Assembly: GCF_006345805.1 (NCBI RefSeq)
Contig: NC_042998.1
Coordinates: 64,108,001 to 64,172,000, forward strand
From: Octopus sinensis
Lineage: Eukaryota
Reading direction: 5' to 3'
Length of the DNA: 64,000 nucleotides
Positions 13,846 through 32,605 of the stretch are shown piece by piece. Position 1 is the stretch's first letter, and every line of letters starts with the position of its first letter. The notes below the pieces were generated by a model, which was not told the DNA's origin, ran no database searches, and was given only the letters and a program-made list of their open reading frames with translations. The position numbers and the translations under genes were made by a program.

Positions 13846-15339
13846 GGGAGGGAGAGAGAGAGAGAGAGAATAGATGGGTAGAGTGAGAGATTTATCAAAT
13901 GTCTGTCTATGGTGACATGGATGTTTAGAAATTTAATTCAATATGTGCATATTTAAGGTGGAGATTATTTTAATGCTAACCACGAAAATATTCCTATGAC
14001 GAAAGAAAGCTGTATGTACTTTAGATAATGAATTATATTTCGTCACTGTATATAATTACCGCTGATACTCTCTGTTATATCTATATATAATTATCACGTC
14101 ATCAGCGAAGATTTGAATTCAAGTTATATGATCTACTGCTTACATGAAAATGTAAAAAGGATATACATTATACATTCTTTGCAGTAAAAGTACGACTTAT
14201 TTAAGGCATGAAGTAGAATCGCCATGCGCATGATAAGCAGATTGAGGAAATGGTAGTAGTATTATATTGAATATAGATTCTGTTCATAAATTAATTATTA
14301 TTACATGCATGTTGAAAAAAATTTGATACATCGTGTTTTAATTCATTGAAGTAGAATGTAATACTATATGTTGCGGTATTATTGTTACCATGACTGCAAT
14401 TTGAAGAAGATGTCGTTGTATACATATTTGAACGTGTTCATTGGAAATATGTAAAGTTTGCTATAGTAGTCAGGGATTTTATTTCGTATTACAAATTTCA
14501 TACACAAGATGTATACTTATGCGACTGAGAAATTTCCCGACATTTTGTTGGCGTTTTCTGACAGATAAATATACGACTGTCAAGTCAAATAACTTGTCAT
14601 ATTTAGCTAAAATCACTTTTTCCCTAACTTAGCCAAGATATTGTTATTCTAGTACACGATTTTAGAAAATGAAGAAAACATACATAGTTAAGTTTCTACT
14701 ACTTAGAAACTATTAAATATTGAATTAAGTTGGAAATATTACTATATGAATAATTCCGGTTTAGTTTCCCATTTCTTTCTGTGTTTAATCCCAACTTTCA
14801 TTTCGATCTTTTCATTCTCTGCACGTATTCCATTACTGAGACGTCAATTTTCTACAATGTTTTCCTTTTCCTCGCTTTATTTTTTTCGAATTACTTTACG
14901 AGAGTCTACATATGCTGTTCCTCAGAGGATTTACTAAATTTCGTTATTTAAGTCGAGAAAAGCATAAGTATGATGTACATGAATATAAAGTATATGTGGT
15001 CATATAGTTTTTTTTCTTACTTTATCACTTAAACTTGATATAAACTTATGCATAGTTACATAAATACTCGAATCAACGTTAGTTTCACATTATTCCTCGT
15101 CCAAGATATCAGCCGCACACCGAAGGAATTATTGATGTATGAAATATTATCGGGAAAAATGTTTAATCACTAGCCCTGACACTTAGTTGCAATAATTGAA
15201 GGAGATCCTCATCTAAATTCACACCATAATTCTTGGCTCATCTGAAGCAATGCCTCTCTCTTGATGTTTAGCCTTTGTGTAAATCGTTCCTTTTACACCA
15301 GCAAAGAAAGCAGATAATTTTGAGCTTCAAATTATCAGA

Positions 15340-19345
<4,006 letters not shown>

Positions 19346-19912
19346 TGCTACGATAATGTTATCATTTTTTAGCTTTGATTGGCTCGTGGGGAGACGGCCA
19401 TCATTGCCGTTACAATTATAATCGTACCATTATAGCAGCCGTAGTCGGATTATTATTATTATCATCACCATTACCATCACTATCATCATTATCACCACCA
19501 TTACCATCATCATTATCATCATCACCATCACCACCATCATCATCAATGATATTGTTTTATGTGTAGTCACAGCAGTATCTTATTATTGTTATTTTTGTTT
19601 TTTTATCATTATCACCATCACAGCAGTGTCTGTCTGTCTCGTTGGCTGGCTTGGTGGTTGGCTGGCTGACTGTCTTCAACACCAGAGTTCTTACCTGTCA
19701 AATAATACTTTCTTTGTGTTGGTTGAACTCTTTGAGTGTGTGTGTGTGTGTGTAGATAGATAGATGGATTATCAGCACTATTACTATCATTATTATCATC
19801 ATCACCATCATCACCATCACCATCAGTGATATTTGTTTTTTTTTTTAGGTGGGGTCCTATCGGTCAAAAAAAGTTCAGATGTTTACTACTATTAGGCTTA
19901 TGAAAAATTAAG

Positions 19913-20825
19913 GAAGGGCTGTTCTGTATTGTTTGTGAAAAGAGAAGTTGTGTTCGACCAGAGAGAATCTTAGCATCATCATTTTTTTTTTGTTTTTTTC
20001 CATGTGCGTTTGTGTTATTGCAATAAAAAGTGTTTGTATATTTCCCGTAAGGTAATATTGTGGAGGTTGAAGTTGACTTTTCTAGAGATGTTTGTATGTC
20101 CAGTTAGAAGAACAGGTGTGTTTTTACAATAAAAAGTATATGTTTACATTTATATTTGAATATTCAGGGAGGAAGCAAAAAAAGTCAGATTTTCATAGAA
20201 AGTTTTAGGGTTTTGTAAGTCCACAAAAAGAAAAGCGTGATGTTTTTAGAGAGAAGAAGAGAAAAATAAAGGATGTTTACAGAGGCAATTGTGGGTATCA
20301 AAGTTTTTAAAGCTGGTCGAATGTATGATTGAAAACTGTAGACATGTAAATTTGTAAATTTTCTTAACTTATTTTGAAGGGCTGTTCTGTATTATTTGTG
20401 AATAGAGAAGCTGTGTTCGACCAGAGAGAATCTTAGCATCATTATTTTTTCCATGTGCGTTTGTGTTATTGCAATAAAAAGTGTTTGTATATTTCGTGCA
20501 AGGTAATATTGTGGAGGTTGAAGTTGACCCCTCTAGAGATGTTTGTATGTCCAGTTAGAAGAACAGGTGTGTTTTTGCAATAAAGAGTATATGTTTACAT
20601 TTATATTTGAATATTCTGGGAGGAAGCAAAGAAAAGTCAGATTTTCATAGAAAGTTTTAGGGTTTTGCAAGTCCACAAAAAGAAAAGCGTGATGTTTTTA
20701 GAGAGAAGAAAAAAAAAGGGTGCTTACAGAGGCAGTTGTGGGTATTAAAGTTTTTAAAGCCGATCGGATGTATGTTTGAAAGCTGCAGATATGTAAATTT
20801 GTAAATTTCTTAACCCACTTTGAAG
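19913..20825. repeat. Two-unit tandem duplication of ~460 bp
   Basis: GAAGGGCTGTTCTGTATT starts at both 19913 and 20376. The units are colinear with scattered substitutions. Confidence 0.9.
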
Positions 20826-20984
20826 ATAATTTCAAATACTCACGAGGTATTGTAGATGTTCCAGTCTTTGAGAGTTATTTTTCCCCGTTGCTAAACTGGC
20901 CCATATTAGTGTTTCTATGGCTTTCAGCCACCGAACTGTCAGAGCAGTGAGGAACACGTCCAGCCGCTGTTAAGGCTGGCGCTC

Positions 20985-21039
20985 TTTTCTTCTTCTTCTT
21001 CTTCTTCTTCTTCTTCTTCTTCTTCTTCTTCTTCTTCTT

Positions 21040-21070
<31 letters not shown>

Positions 21071-21190
21071 TTATTATTATTATTATTATTATTATATTAT
21101 TATTATTATTATTATCATCATTATTGTTATTATTATTATCATTATCATCATCATTATCATTATTATTGTTGTTGTTGTTGTTGTTGTTAT
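20985..21190. repeat. Compound (TTC)n-(TTA)n-(TCA)n-(TTG)n microsatellite
   Basis: Seen directly. Confidence 0.95.
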
Positions 21191-21605
21191 TCAGTAGTTT
21201 TATTTTTATATCGTGCCTTCACTTCATTACCGTGCGCAGCTCTGTGTGCCTTGGGTATGTGCTGTGGTTTGCTGTGATGATCTTATGGTTACTGTATTGA
21301 AAGTGTTTTGTGTAGGATGTGTGCAGTGCCCAGTAGTGCAATTTTCTATATGTTGTATATATTTGTAAGTCCTGGTGATTTGTTATGTATTTGTCTGAAT
21401 ATTTTTTTATCATACCTAGTGAGCATACTATGATAGGAATTGTTTCTGTTTTTAGATTCCACATTCGAGTTTCCTCTATTTCCAGGTCTTTGTATTTTGA
21501 AAGTTTCTTCATTTGTTTAAGAGAAACGTTGTCATTTGTTGGTATTGACACATCAATTAGAAATCCTTTTTTCCGTTCATATTCTCTGACAACTATATCT
21601 GGCCT
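21191..21605 (-). mobile_element. 3' fragment of Dong-like LINE family 2 (RLE C-terminus and 3' UTR)
   Basis: SIPTNDNVSLKQMKKLSKYKDLEIE..MWNLKTETIPIIV. The 3' UTR is near-identical to 58405-58520. Confidence 0.9.
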
Positions 21606-21659
21606 AAATAATGTTAATAATAATAATAATAATAATAACTACTATTATTATTAATATGA

Positions 21660-22215
21660 TATATGCCCTGATGCAATACCAGATAGTGGCTCTCATGGCT
21701 GCTGATCTTTACTGATTGAAAGTGTCATCATGTACATTGTCTTGTCTTCGCATAAAAGATGGGCTACAGGAAATATTCTGCTCAATACCACAGATTTGCT
21801 TGTCAGTTGTTTGACCTTAAACAGTTAAGCACGTCCCTATAGTGGTTGACGATATGTGCATCTCTGACCATGAGTAGAAGTAGAGGGGGAGCACCACAGC
21901 CGTATGTTGAAAGGAATTCTTAGAAGTTTGGATAATTCACCTTTAGAAACATAGGTGGTTCGCTCAACATCATTAAACAATCCTTATTCAGGAACCTTTT
22001 GATTGGGATGGGCTACTCGACCAGAAGAAACTTCTAACTGGGCCCCACCTGCAAGGTCATGCGCTGTTTATCTTGATATGAGATCACCATGTCAGGCACA
22101 TATCGTTGTGATGCATATGCCTGGTGTACCCTTATGAGACAGCTAATCATGATGGGTATATTGGGCTTCGTATATTTTATCCCAGTGTCACTATGATGGC
22201 ATGCACTGCTCTCTC
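21660..22215. repeat. ~560-bp unclassified interspersed-repeat-like insert between two (TAA)n tracts
   Basis: Higher GC and sharply bounded by TAA runs. No ORF and no second copy in the window. Confidence 0.35.
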
Positions 22216-22263
22216 AATAATTATAAAAATAGTAATAATGATAATAATATTATCAATAATAAC

Positions 22264-22390
<127 letters not shown>

Positions 22391-22440
22391 TTATAATATT
22401 AATAATAATAAAAATAATGATAATAATAATAATAATAATA

Positions 22441-23478
22441 CTGCTTGGCACTGTCACCTCTATCTGATATGCTAAATAGAACTGGATGCGGATATAAATG
22501 TTACTTCAAAAACGATCAGCCACCTTTTATATATGGATGACCTAAAACTATACGCTGCAAATGACAAACAGCTGGAAACACTATTAAAGACAGTTCATGG
22601 ATTTACCAAAGAAATAGATATGAAATTTGGATTAGAAAAATGCGCCAAAGTAACCCCGAAAAGAGGAAAACTAGTTAAGAGTAACAACATCATACTAGAT
22701 AAAACCAATGAAATAAAAGAATTAGACCAAAGCCAAACTTACAAATACTTAGTAATCCATGAACTAGATAAGACACAACACACACAAATGAAAGAGAAAA
22801 TAAAAAAAGAATATTATAGACGAGTTAGATCAATACTAAAAACAGAGCTCAATGCTAAAAACAAGATAATAGGTATCAACACTTAAGCTGTCCCAGTTAT
22901 AAGTTACAGCAACAATATCCTTAACTGGACACGAAATGAACCGACCAAAATAGATTGGAAAACAAGAAAAATAATGACAGGGTCTAGGATGCATCACCCA
23001 AAATCTGACATAGAAAGACTATATATACAACGTATAGAAGGTGGTAGAGGCCTTATACAGCTGGAAAACTACTATAAAATAACCACCATAGGACTGCAAA
23101 AATATCTACTTCAGAAGGAAGGAAAACTGATCCAGATAGCGGCAAAACACGAGCAAAACAAAAAACTGTTCTCAGTATTTAAGGAAGCTGACAAACACAA
23201 AAAGAAATCATACCACCTAATAAACATGAAGAAGAAGAAGAAGATGAAGAAACAACAAAAGCTATAAAACAAATGAAATCCAAACTAAAAATAGAACAGC
23301 AACGAACCATGATAAAACGATGGCAAGAAAAGCCCCTTCATGGTAAATACTGGACTAAGCTAAACGCAAAAGAAATAGACAAAGAAAAATCCCAGCAATG
23401 GCTGAGAAGCTCAGGACTCAAAGCAGAAACAGAGGGATTTTTAATTGCAGCACAAGACCAAAGTCTCCCCACGCTATA
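22441..23478 (+). mobile_element. Internal RT/thumb fragment of Dong-like family 2
   Basis: MDDLKLYAANDKQLETLLK..QQWLRSSGLKAETEGFLIAAQDQSLPT is near-identical to the 59070-60656 protein. Stops and frameshifts present. Confidence 0.92.
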
Positions 23479-23490
23479 AAAATAAAACTA

Positions 23491-24038
<548 letters not shown>

Positions 24039-24044
24039 TATAAA

Positions 24045-26693
24045 GAAACAAATGACCCAAAAACTATAGACCCATAACCTGCTTAACAACTATGTATAAA
24101 ACGCTAACATCTGTCCTGACGGAATATACCTATAGTTTTTAACAGACAGCAGCATATTCCCTAATGAACAGAAAGGATGTAAACGTGGATCCTATGGTTG
24201 TAAAGATCAACTACTCATCAATAAGATGGTCTTAGAAGATTGTCACAAACGACACAAAATCTTGTCGATAGCCTGGATAGACTTAAAAAGGTTTTGATAA
24301 CCTACCACATAGCTGGATTAAGAAATGCCTGGAAATGTATAAAATAGCACCTACACTGCGAAACATTTTGTCTGTATGTATGAGATCATGGAGAACCACA
24401 CTAACTTTGAACAGTGACAATGAATCTTTAAATGCTGGTGATGTAAAAATTTCATGTGGCATTTTCCAGGGTGACTCATTATCACCACTCCTCTTTTGTT
24501 TAGCCTTAATACTTCTCTCAAAATTGATCAATGACGTGCAGTACGGATATAAAATGTTTGATAAAAATATAAATCATCTCATTTACATGGATGCTTTAAA
24601 GCTCTTTGCAAAAAATGACCATCATCTCAAGGGCTTACTAACGATTGTTAAACAATTCAGCGATGACATCAGAATGCAATTTGGCCTCGATAAATGTGCA
24701 AAAGCTACCTTTATCAAAGGAAAAATGTCAGAAACATCTAACGTTAACCTTGACCAGCAGAATGTCATAAAAGAATTAGACCCAGTGGGGAGCTACAAGT
24801 ACCTAGGTGTAATTGAAGGGGAAGGAATAAGGCATTCAGTGATGAAGGGAAGGATCAGGAGAGAATGTTATCGCAGAGTAAGACCAATACTCAAGACAGA
24901 GCTAAATGCAAGAAACTGGATCGAAGCGATCAATGCTTTAGCCATACCATACAGTTTCAACATCGTTAACAGGTCAATTACTGAAATATGTAATCTTGAC
25001 AGAAAAATACGAAAACTGTTGACAATGCATAGAATGCACCACACTAAGGCAGATATAAAACGACTTTATCTGCCAAGAAAAGAGGGAGGCCGAGGACTTT
25101 TACAACTGGCAATAACAATGAAGAATGCTACAATTGACAGAGACACCTACCTGAAAACTCTGAGGACAGGATGTTAAAACTTCTCTCAAAACATGAAAAC
25201 AAGAAAGCATCATACTCAGTAAGAAAACAGTCAAAGGAATATCTAAGTGAATTCCGAATACAACAAATTTAGGAATTAGACATACAAGAAACATGCACAG
25301 AAAAAAGCTAAACGCATGAAAGCCCGTGCTAAAACTGCTGCCTTAGAAATTATGAATGATAAATGGCAAATACCCAAAGAGAGCGAATAATGCAGTTGTT
25401 GAACATGCCCTGACACATCAATGGCTAATGGCCTCTAGCTTAAAATCTGAAACAGAAAGTTTTATCATAGCAGCTCAAGATCAGTGCCTACTAACAAGGA
25501 ACTACCAGGCCAACATATTAAAGAACGGCAGTGGCACAACATGTGGTGTATGTCAACAACAAAATGATACCGTTGATCATGTTGTCTCCAAGTGCAGTCT
25601 TTTAGCGCCTACAGAGTATTTCAACAGGCATGATAGAGCTGCACAATATATACACTGGGTAATCCGTAAAAACCTGGATTTGCCCCATGAAAAAACTGGA
25701 GGGAACACAAACCACCTCCAGTGCTTGCAAATGACCACATCTCACTCCTCTGAAACTTCCCCATTCAAACTGAAAGAAATATAGATGCCAATAGGCCAGA
25801 CATCATATTGATGGAAGCACTCCGTCGGTTACGACGACGAGGGTTCCGGTTGATCCGATCAACGGAACAGCCTGCTCGTGAAATTAACGAGTAAGTGGCT
25901 GAGCACTCCACAGACAGGTGTACCCTTAACGTATTTCTCGGGGATATTCAGCGTGACACAGAAAGTGACAAGGCCGACCCCTTGAAATACAGGTACAACA
26001 GAAACAGGAAGTAAGAGTGTGAGAAAGTTGTGGTGAAAGAGTACAGCAGGGATCACCACCATCCCTGCCGGAGACTCGTGGAGCTTTTAAGTGTTTTCGC
26101 TTAATAAACACTCACAACGCCCGGTCTGGGAATCGAAACCGCGATCCTACGACCGCGAGTCCGCTGACCTAACCACTGGGCCATTGCGCCTCCACCAAAT
26201 CATATTGAAAGACTTCAAACAAAGAACATGCCTGCTCATTGATATGACTGTCCCAATCGATAAAAACGTATCTGTCAAGACTTACCAAACACTGAGCAAA
26301 TATAAAGATCTTGAAATAGAAATCAGCAAAATGTGGAACCTGAAGACTAAAACAATACCTGTTGTCATAGGTGCCCTGGGAATGATAGCAAAAGGGGCTG
26401 ATCGCTACCTAACTCAGATACCAGGAAACCCGAAAATGGCAGAAATTCACAAGATAGTGCTCATGGGAACTGCTCATATCCTACGCAAGATACTTTCTAT
26501 GTAACCTCAAGTGCTAAAACAAATATAACTTTCGTTTTTTTTAGGCATTCACTAGTACAACACTAAATACCAAACCAAATATATGGCACAGTAGGCATAA
26601 CAACAATACGAACTCCCAACCTGTTGCCTCTTGAGGTCTCTGGGTGAGACTTGGAGCCAATTTGTACAAATATAAAGCAAAAGTCAAACATAG
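24045..26693 (+). mobile_element. 5'-truncated, disrupted Dong-like LINE family 3 (RT, CCHC finger, RLE, UTR), interrupted by a SINE
   Basis: GIFQGDSLSPLLFC, YMDALKLF, CGVC..HVVSKC, RHD, LIDMTVP..KYKDLEIEI. Flanked by (TAA)n on both sides. Confidence 0.92.
25812..26198 (-). mobile_element. tRNA-derived SINE with a 10-bp target site duplication
   Basis: A box TGGCCCAGTGG and B box GGTTTCGATTCC on the minus strand. TSD ATCATATTGA at 25802-25811 and 26199-26208. Removing the insert restores the RLE frame PDIILKDF. Confidence 0.9.
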
Positions 26694-26706
26694 TATAATA
26701 ATAATG

Positions 26707-26757
<51 letters not shown>

Positions 26758-27262
26758 TAATAATAATAATAATAATAATAATGATAATAATACAATATGT
26801 TGGTTATGAACTTGCATTATCTAAGGTATAAAGCAATGCTCTCTGCAGACCAGTAACTGGAAATCCGAGCAATTTAAAATGGGAAGTAGCAGATGCTGCC
26901 ATAAGACAAGATGAGAGAAACTGAGGGATAGAGGAATGGAGGGAAACAAAGGATTGAAAATTGTATTCATTTTCCATAAAGAGTTTGCTGCATATTTTTG
27001 TTTCGTTGAGTGTAAATATCCAACCTCCATTAATTTCCTACGGTCAAAAATGTTGACCTTGCATATAGAAACCCAGCGCACCACTAAAAAACCGATATTT
27101 GCAAAAAGTTTCTTCTAGTTTTCATGTTATATCTACTTCGGTTACATTAACATAATGTTGAAAGAGAGAAAGAATCGTACTTCGCACAATATCTTACACG
27201 AACTTATAAAGCTTTACAACTCCATCAATATCAAAAATTTATAACTGAGTGTTTTCTGCACA

Positions 27263-27263
<1 letters not shown>

Positions 27264-27351
<88 letters not shown>

Positions 27352-27394
27352 GTCTATCTATCTATCTATATATCTATCTATCTATCTATCTATC

Positions 27395-27428
<34 letters not shown>

Positions 27429-27563
27429 ATATAAATATATATATATGTGTGTGTGTGTATATATATATATACACATACATACATATATATACATATATAT
27501 ATATATATACATATATATGTATATACATATATCTATATACATATACGTATATTCACAGACCAC

Positions 27564-27594
<31 letters not shown>

Positions 27595-27659
27595 TGTATA
27601 TGTGCAGTTATATAAGTATGTATGTAAATAAAATATATAGAATGGTATTCGCCTATATA

Positions 27660-27741
<82 letters not shown>

Positions 27742-27830
27742 ATTATATATATATATATATATATATCTATATATATATATATATTATATATATATATATA
27801 CATATATATACGTACACACACACACACAAG
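27264..27830. repeat. (TCTA)n followed by a complex (TA/CA)n tract
   Basis: Seen directly. Confidence 0.95.
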
Positions 27831-28220
27831 GTCTTATATACATACTTGCACGCAGTCATACTTACAAAGTCATGCCTATATGTCTGCTTAACTTTATTAG
27901 TTACACTTACATTCGATACGTAGAAGTAACCATTTTTATTTTCATTTTCCTTGTATCAAATAAATATATGACATTTTATTCTGTTATATTAAATATCTAA
28001 CCTCACCAGCATGTGTTATGTCAAAACATATTGTATATTAACTGAATTTTGCTTATACTTTATATATTTTTCTGTAAGTTATATTCATATCACATTCACT
28101 TGCCGCATTATTTTTTACGTATTGAACATGTGAATGTGAAGAAAAAAAGTGAGAGAAAACAGGCTGAAAATATTATTGAGGACACAGCCATTGTTAGATA
28201 TGTTGTGATTATTGTTGCTA

Positions 28221-28266
<46 letters not shown>

Positions 28267-28689
28267 TATTATTATTATTATTATTATTATTGGCAAATGG
28301 AAGGAGTCATTATTTTGTTACATTTTTTGCTTTTCGTTAATCAAGATGCATCACCAATACTACGTCTATTACTAAAGCAAAATCCTCCACTGCAGCTCAC
28401 ACACTACTATTAACACCACCACCAGCAACAACAACAACATTACAACTACTAATATTATTACTACTAATATCACTACTACTACTGCTGCTGCTACTGCTGT
28501 TACTACTGTTACTGATGCTGCTGCTGCTGCTCCTGCGACAGCTAGTGATCGTGGTGCAATAATATGTTCGATAATAAAGGGCACAAAATGGTCAAGTACC
28601 AATAATGATAACAACAGCAATAATAATAATATTCATAATAAAGAGGAAGGCTAAAGTCATCTGGAATGTTTGACTTCTAGACAGACAGA

Positions 28690-29010
28690 GTATTAAAGAA
28701 CCGATGCCCGGATAAAATAACTTCTAGGAGGGAAAAATAATTGACGTGGCAGTGCCAGATCAATATATCATCATGGAAGGAAGAGAAAAGAATAATAGGT
28801 GTGTAGACCTCAGAATTGAGATAGCTAAGATATGGCAGCTACTTGGGTCAATCATAAAGGTTTTCACTATTGTCATCGGAGCATTGAGTTCAATACAAAC
28901 CAATCTGAAAAAAAAATCATCTGAAAACTTTAGAAATCTAGGTGTGTTGCAAAAGTCGACATTACTGGGAACTGCACGCACTTGGCAAAAAGTACTGTCT
29001 GATTGAGGTC
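28690..29010 (+). mobile_element. Old RLE C-terminal LINE remnant
   Basis: DLRIEIAKIW..IVIGALS..LQKSTLLGTARTWQKVL resembles the RLE tails of the other copies. Confidence 0.7.
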
Positions 29011-29099
29011 CTTGTTGTGACTTGACAAACAGTACAAACCCCCGGAAGACACAATATCTTCAATCAACTAACTCACGATATTTTATGATGTGTGACATC

Positions 29100-29196
<97 letters not shown>

Positions 29197-29239
29197 TTTT
29201 TTTCAAGGTGACTCACTTTCACATCTAATATTCTGCGTA

Positions 29240-30167
29240 GACCTAATACCCCTTACAAGTGAACTAAACAGAACAGGGTATGGGTATAAAATTACCAATA
29301 AAAAAAATAAGCCATCTATTTTATATGGATGACTTAAAACTCTATGGTAAAGACAATAATGAACTTGAAGGTCTATTGCGCACTGTGAAAGCATTCAGCG
29401 ATGACATCGGGATGGAGTTTGGACTTGAGAAGTGTGCCAAGGCCACTTTCCAGAAAGGAAAGTGGAGACCACAAATTCAGTCGTGTTAGATGTTGACACA
29501 GTCATAAGAGAGCTTGAGCAAGAACAAACCTACAAATATTTAGGGATAAATGAAGGCTCTGGTATTCAGCATGCAAGCATGAAAAAGAAGGTAAGGAAGG
29601 AATGTTTTAGGAGAGTTCGTGCAGTCCTGAAATCTGAACTAAATGCACGTAACAAGGTGTTAGCTATAAATTCCTTAGCAGTTCCAGTTGTTACTTATAG
29701 CTACAATGTGTTGAACTGGAATGTGAGTGAAGTAAAGAATATAGATAGGAAAATACGCAAGCTGCTGAGTTGCAATAGGATGCACCACCCAAAGGCAGAC
29801 GTAGATCGCCTTTGCCTTCCCAGATCCCGAGGAGGTCGAGGCCTGATCCAATTTGAACTAGCTTACAAAACAACCACAATGGGACTGGCCAAATATCTCG
29901 AAATAACAAATGACTGGATGCTAAATCTCGTGGAAAATCACGAGAGACGAAAGAAGCTCCATTCTATCATAAAGGAAAGCAAAAAATTTGCTATTGATCT
30001 CGTGCAGGATACCCAGACTGAACAACCTGAGGGAAGTACGGCAACTATTGTTGCAAAGAAGGTGAAAATAATGGCAACGAAAAAAGCGCACGAGCAATTG
30101 GCTGATAGGTGGGACGAGAAACCTCTGCACGGCAAATATGTGGCCCGCAGCAAGCAAGCTGATGTTC
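29240..30167 (+). mobile_element. RT-thumb fragment of Dong-like family 1
   Basis: FYMDDLKLYGKDNNELEGLL..HHPKADVDRL..KPLHGKYVARSKQADV. Confidence 0.92.
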
Positions 30168-32290
30168 TAATATAATTTTTGGTTCCCTTCTTGATCATTC
30201 CTAGTGCTCCTACGATCACTGGTATTGTAACCGCCTTGAGATGCCACATTTTCTCAATTTCAATTAGTAGGTCTTTATATTTTCTGAGCTTGTCAAACTC
30301 TTTCGCTAAGATATTATGATCACAGGGGATGCTCATGTCGATCAATAAGCAAACTTTATTGTTTTGGTCTTTCACAACAATATCCGGTTTATTGGCCTTG
30401 ATGGTTCGGTCTGTATGTACTGGAAAGTCCCACAGAATTGTTACATTTTCTCCTTCAGTCACAGCCTCAAGGTGGTGATTATACCACTTGTCGGCAGTTT
30501 TGATATTGTAATGCCGACTTATTAGCCAGTGTAGATATTGGCCAACTCTGTCATGTCTTAATTTATACTCCACTGGTGCTAAGACTTTACATCCAGAGAT
30601 TAGGTGGTCCACCTTTTCAATCATGTCGTTGCAGAATCGGCATTTTGGTCTGCTCCGTTTTTCATCACATTGGCCTGGTATTTCCGGGTTAATAGGCTTT
30701 GATCTTGAGCAGCCAGGATGAAACCTTCACACTCTGCTTTCAGCCATGAGCTCCGTAGCCACTGATGGGTTTGCTTCTGGGTTTGCTTCAACATCAGCTT
30801 GTTTGCTATGGGCCACATATTTGCCGTGCAGAGGTTTCTCCTCCCACCTATCAGCCAATTGCTCGTGCTCTTTTTTCGTTGCCATTATTTTCACCTTCTT
30901 TGCAACAATAGTTGCCGTACTTCCCTCAGGTTGTTCAGTTTGGGTATCCTGCACTAGATCAATATCAAATTTTTTGCTTTCCTTTATGATAGAATGAGCT
31001 TCTTTCCACGAGCTTTAGCATCCAGTCATTCGTTATTTCAAGATATTTGGCCAGTCCCATTGTGGTTGTTTTGTAAGCTAGTTCAAATTGGATCAGGATT
31101 CAACCTCCTTGGGCTCTGCGGAGGTCGAGGCGATCAACGTCTGCCTTTGGGTGGTGCATCCTATTACAACTCAGCAGCTTGCGTATTTTCTTATCTATTA
31201 TCTTTACTTCACTCATATTCAAGTTCAACACATTGTAGTTATAAGTTACAACTGGAACTGCTAAGGAATTTATAGCTAACACCTTGTTACGTGCATTTAG
31301 TTCAGATTTCAGGACTGCACGAACTCTCCTAAAACATTCCTTCCTTATCTTCTCTTTCATTCTTGCATGCTGAATACCAGAGCCTTCATTTATCCCTAAA
31401 TATTTGTAGGTTTGTTCTTGCTAAATCTCTCTTATGACTGTGTCAACATCTAACACGACTGAATTTGTGGTCTTCACTTTCCCTTTCTGGAAAGTGGCTT
31501 TGGCACACTTCTCAAGCCCAAACTCCATCCCGATGTCATCACTGAATGCTTTCACGGTGCGCAATAGGCCTTCAAGTAAATTATTGTCTTTACCATAGAG
31601 TTTTAAGTCATCCATATAAAATAGATGGCTTATTTTTTTATTGGCAATTTTATACTCATACCCTGTTCTGTTTAATTCGCTTGTAAGGGGTATTAGGGCT
31701 ATGCAGAATATTAGAGGTGAAAGTGAGTCACCTTGAAAAATGCCACAGTTGATGTTTATATTCTCTGAGGCAAGTACTCCATTAGAGTGATATAATTGGA
31801 TATTCGTATTCCACAACGATATATTATGCTTCACGAAGCTTGAAATCACTGGATAAATTTTGAAGACGTCCAGCGATTTCAAGATCCATGAATGCGGTAT
31901 ATTGTCGAAGGCCTTTTTATAGTCAATCCATGTGGAGGTGAGATTTCTGCGCTTGTTGTGACAGTTCTCAAGGATCATACGATTAATTAGCAGTTGATCT
32001 TTGCATATGTGTGAGCCTCGGCGAAACCCTTTTTGTTTAACGGGGAAAATATCGTTCATCTCCATGAATGCATGTGTTTTCTCCGCCAGAATAGATGTTA
32101 GGATTTTATACGTGGTGGATAAACAGGTTATAGGCCGATAGCTTTTTGGAAGTTTGGTTTCGTTATTCTTTGGCAGTAGGTAAGTAATACCACTTGCAAA
32201 CCATTCAGGTGTTTTCTTTGGGTCTCTCATAATTACATTGAGCAGCTGAACTAGATTTCCGTGTTTGCGCATGGGAGCGATGAGAGCCAG
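30168..32290 (-). mobile_element. Dong-like family 1 copy (RT, CCHC, most of RLE), tail-to-tail with 29240-30167
   Basis: ORFs 31421-32272 (RT), 31100-31360 and 29938-30624 (RHD and RLE). Truncated at GTKNYIR. Confidence 0.92.
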
Positions 32291-32312
32291 AAATTCGGCA
32301 CCCTTATTATCA

Positions 32313-32383
<71 letters not shown>

Positions 32384-32421
32384 TTATTATTATTATTATT
32401 ATTATCATTTTTTTATTATTA

Positions 32422-32481
<60 letters not shown>

Positions 32482-32484
32482 CAT

Positions 32485-32605
32485 AACGTGCTTTCACTTC
32501 ACTACCGAGCGCACTTCTGTGTGCCTTGGGTATGTGCTCTGATTTGTTGTGATGGTCTGATGGTTACTGTATCGAAAGTGTTTTGCGTAGTATGTGTACA
32601 GTGGA
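32485..32605 (-). mobile_element. Very short 3'-terminal fragment of Dong-like family 2
   Basis: CGTGCTTTCACTTCACTACCGAGCGCA..GTGCCTTGGGTATGTGCT, next to (TAA)n. Confidence 0.8.

Noticed and set aside
14036-14115. Minus-strand CTGATGA ... GAAA
   Set aside because: No convincing stem I, II or III pairing.
20844-20966. Possible minus-strand exon (AG ... GTGAGT)
   Set aside because: The upstream region is purine-rich GAA repeat with no polypyrimidine tract, and the peptide is unrecognisable.
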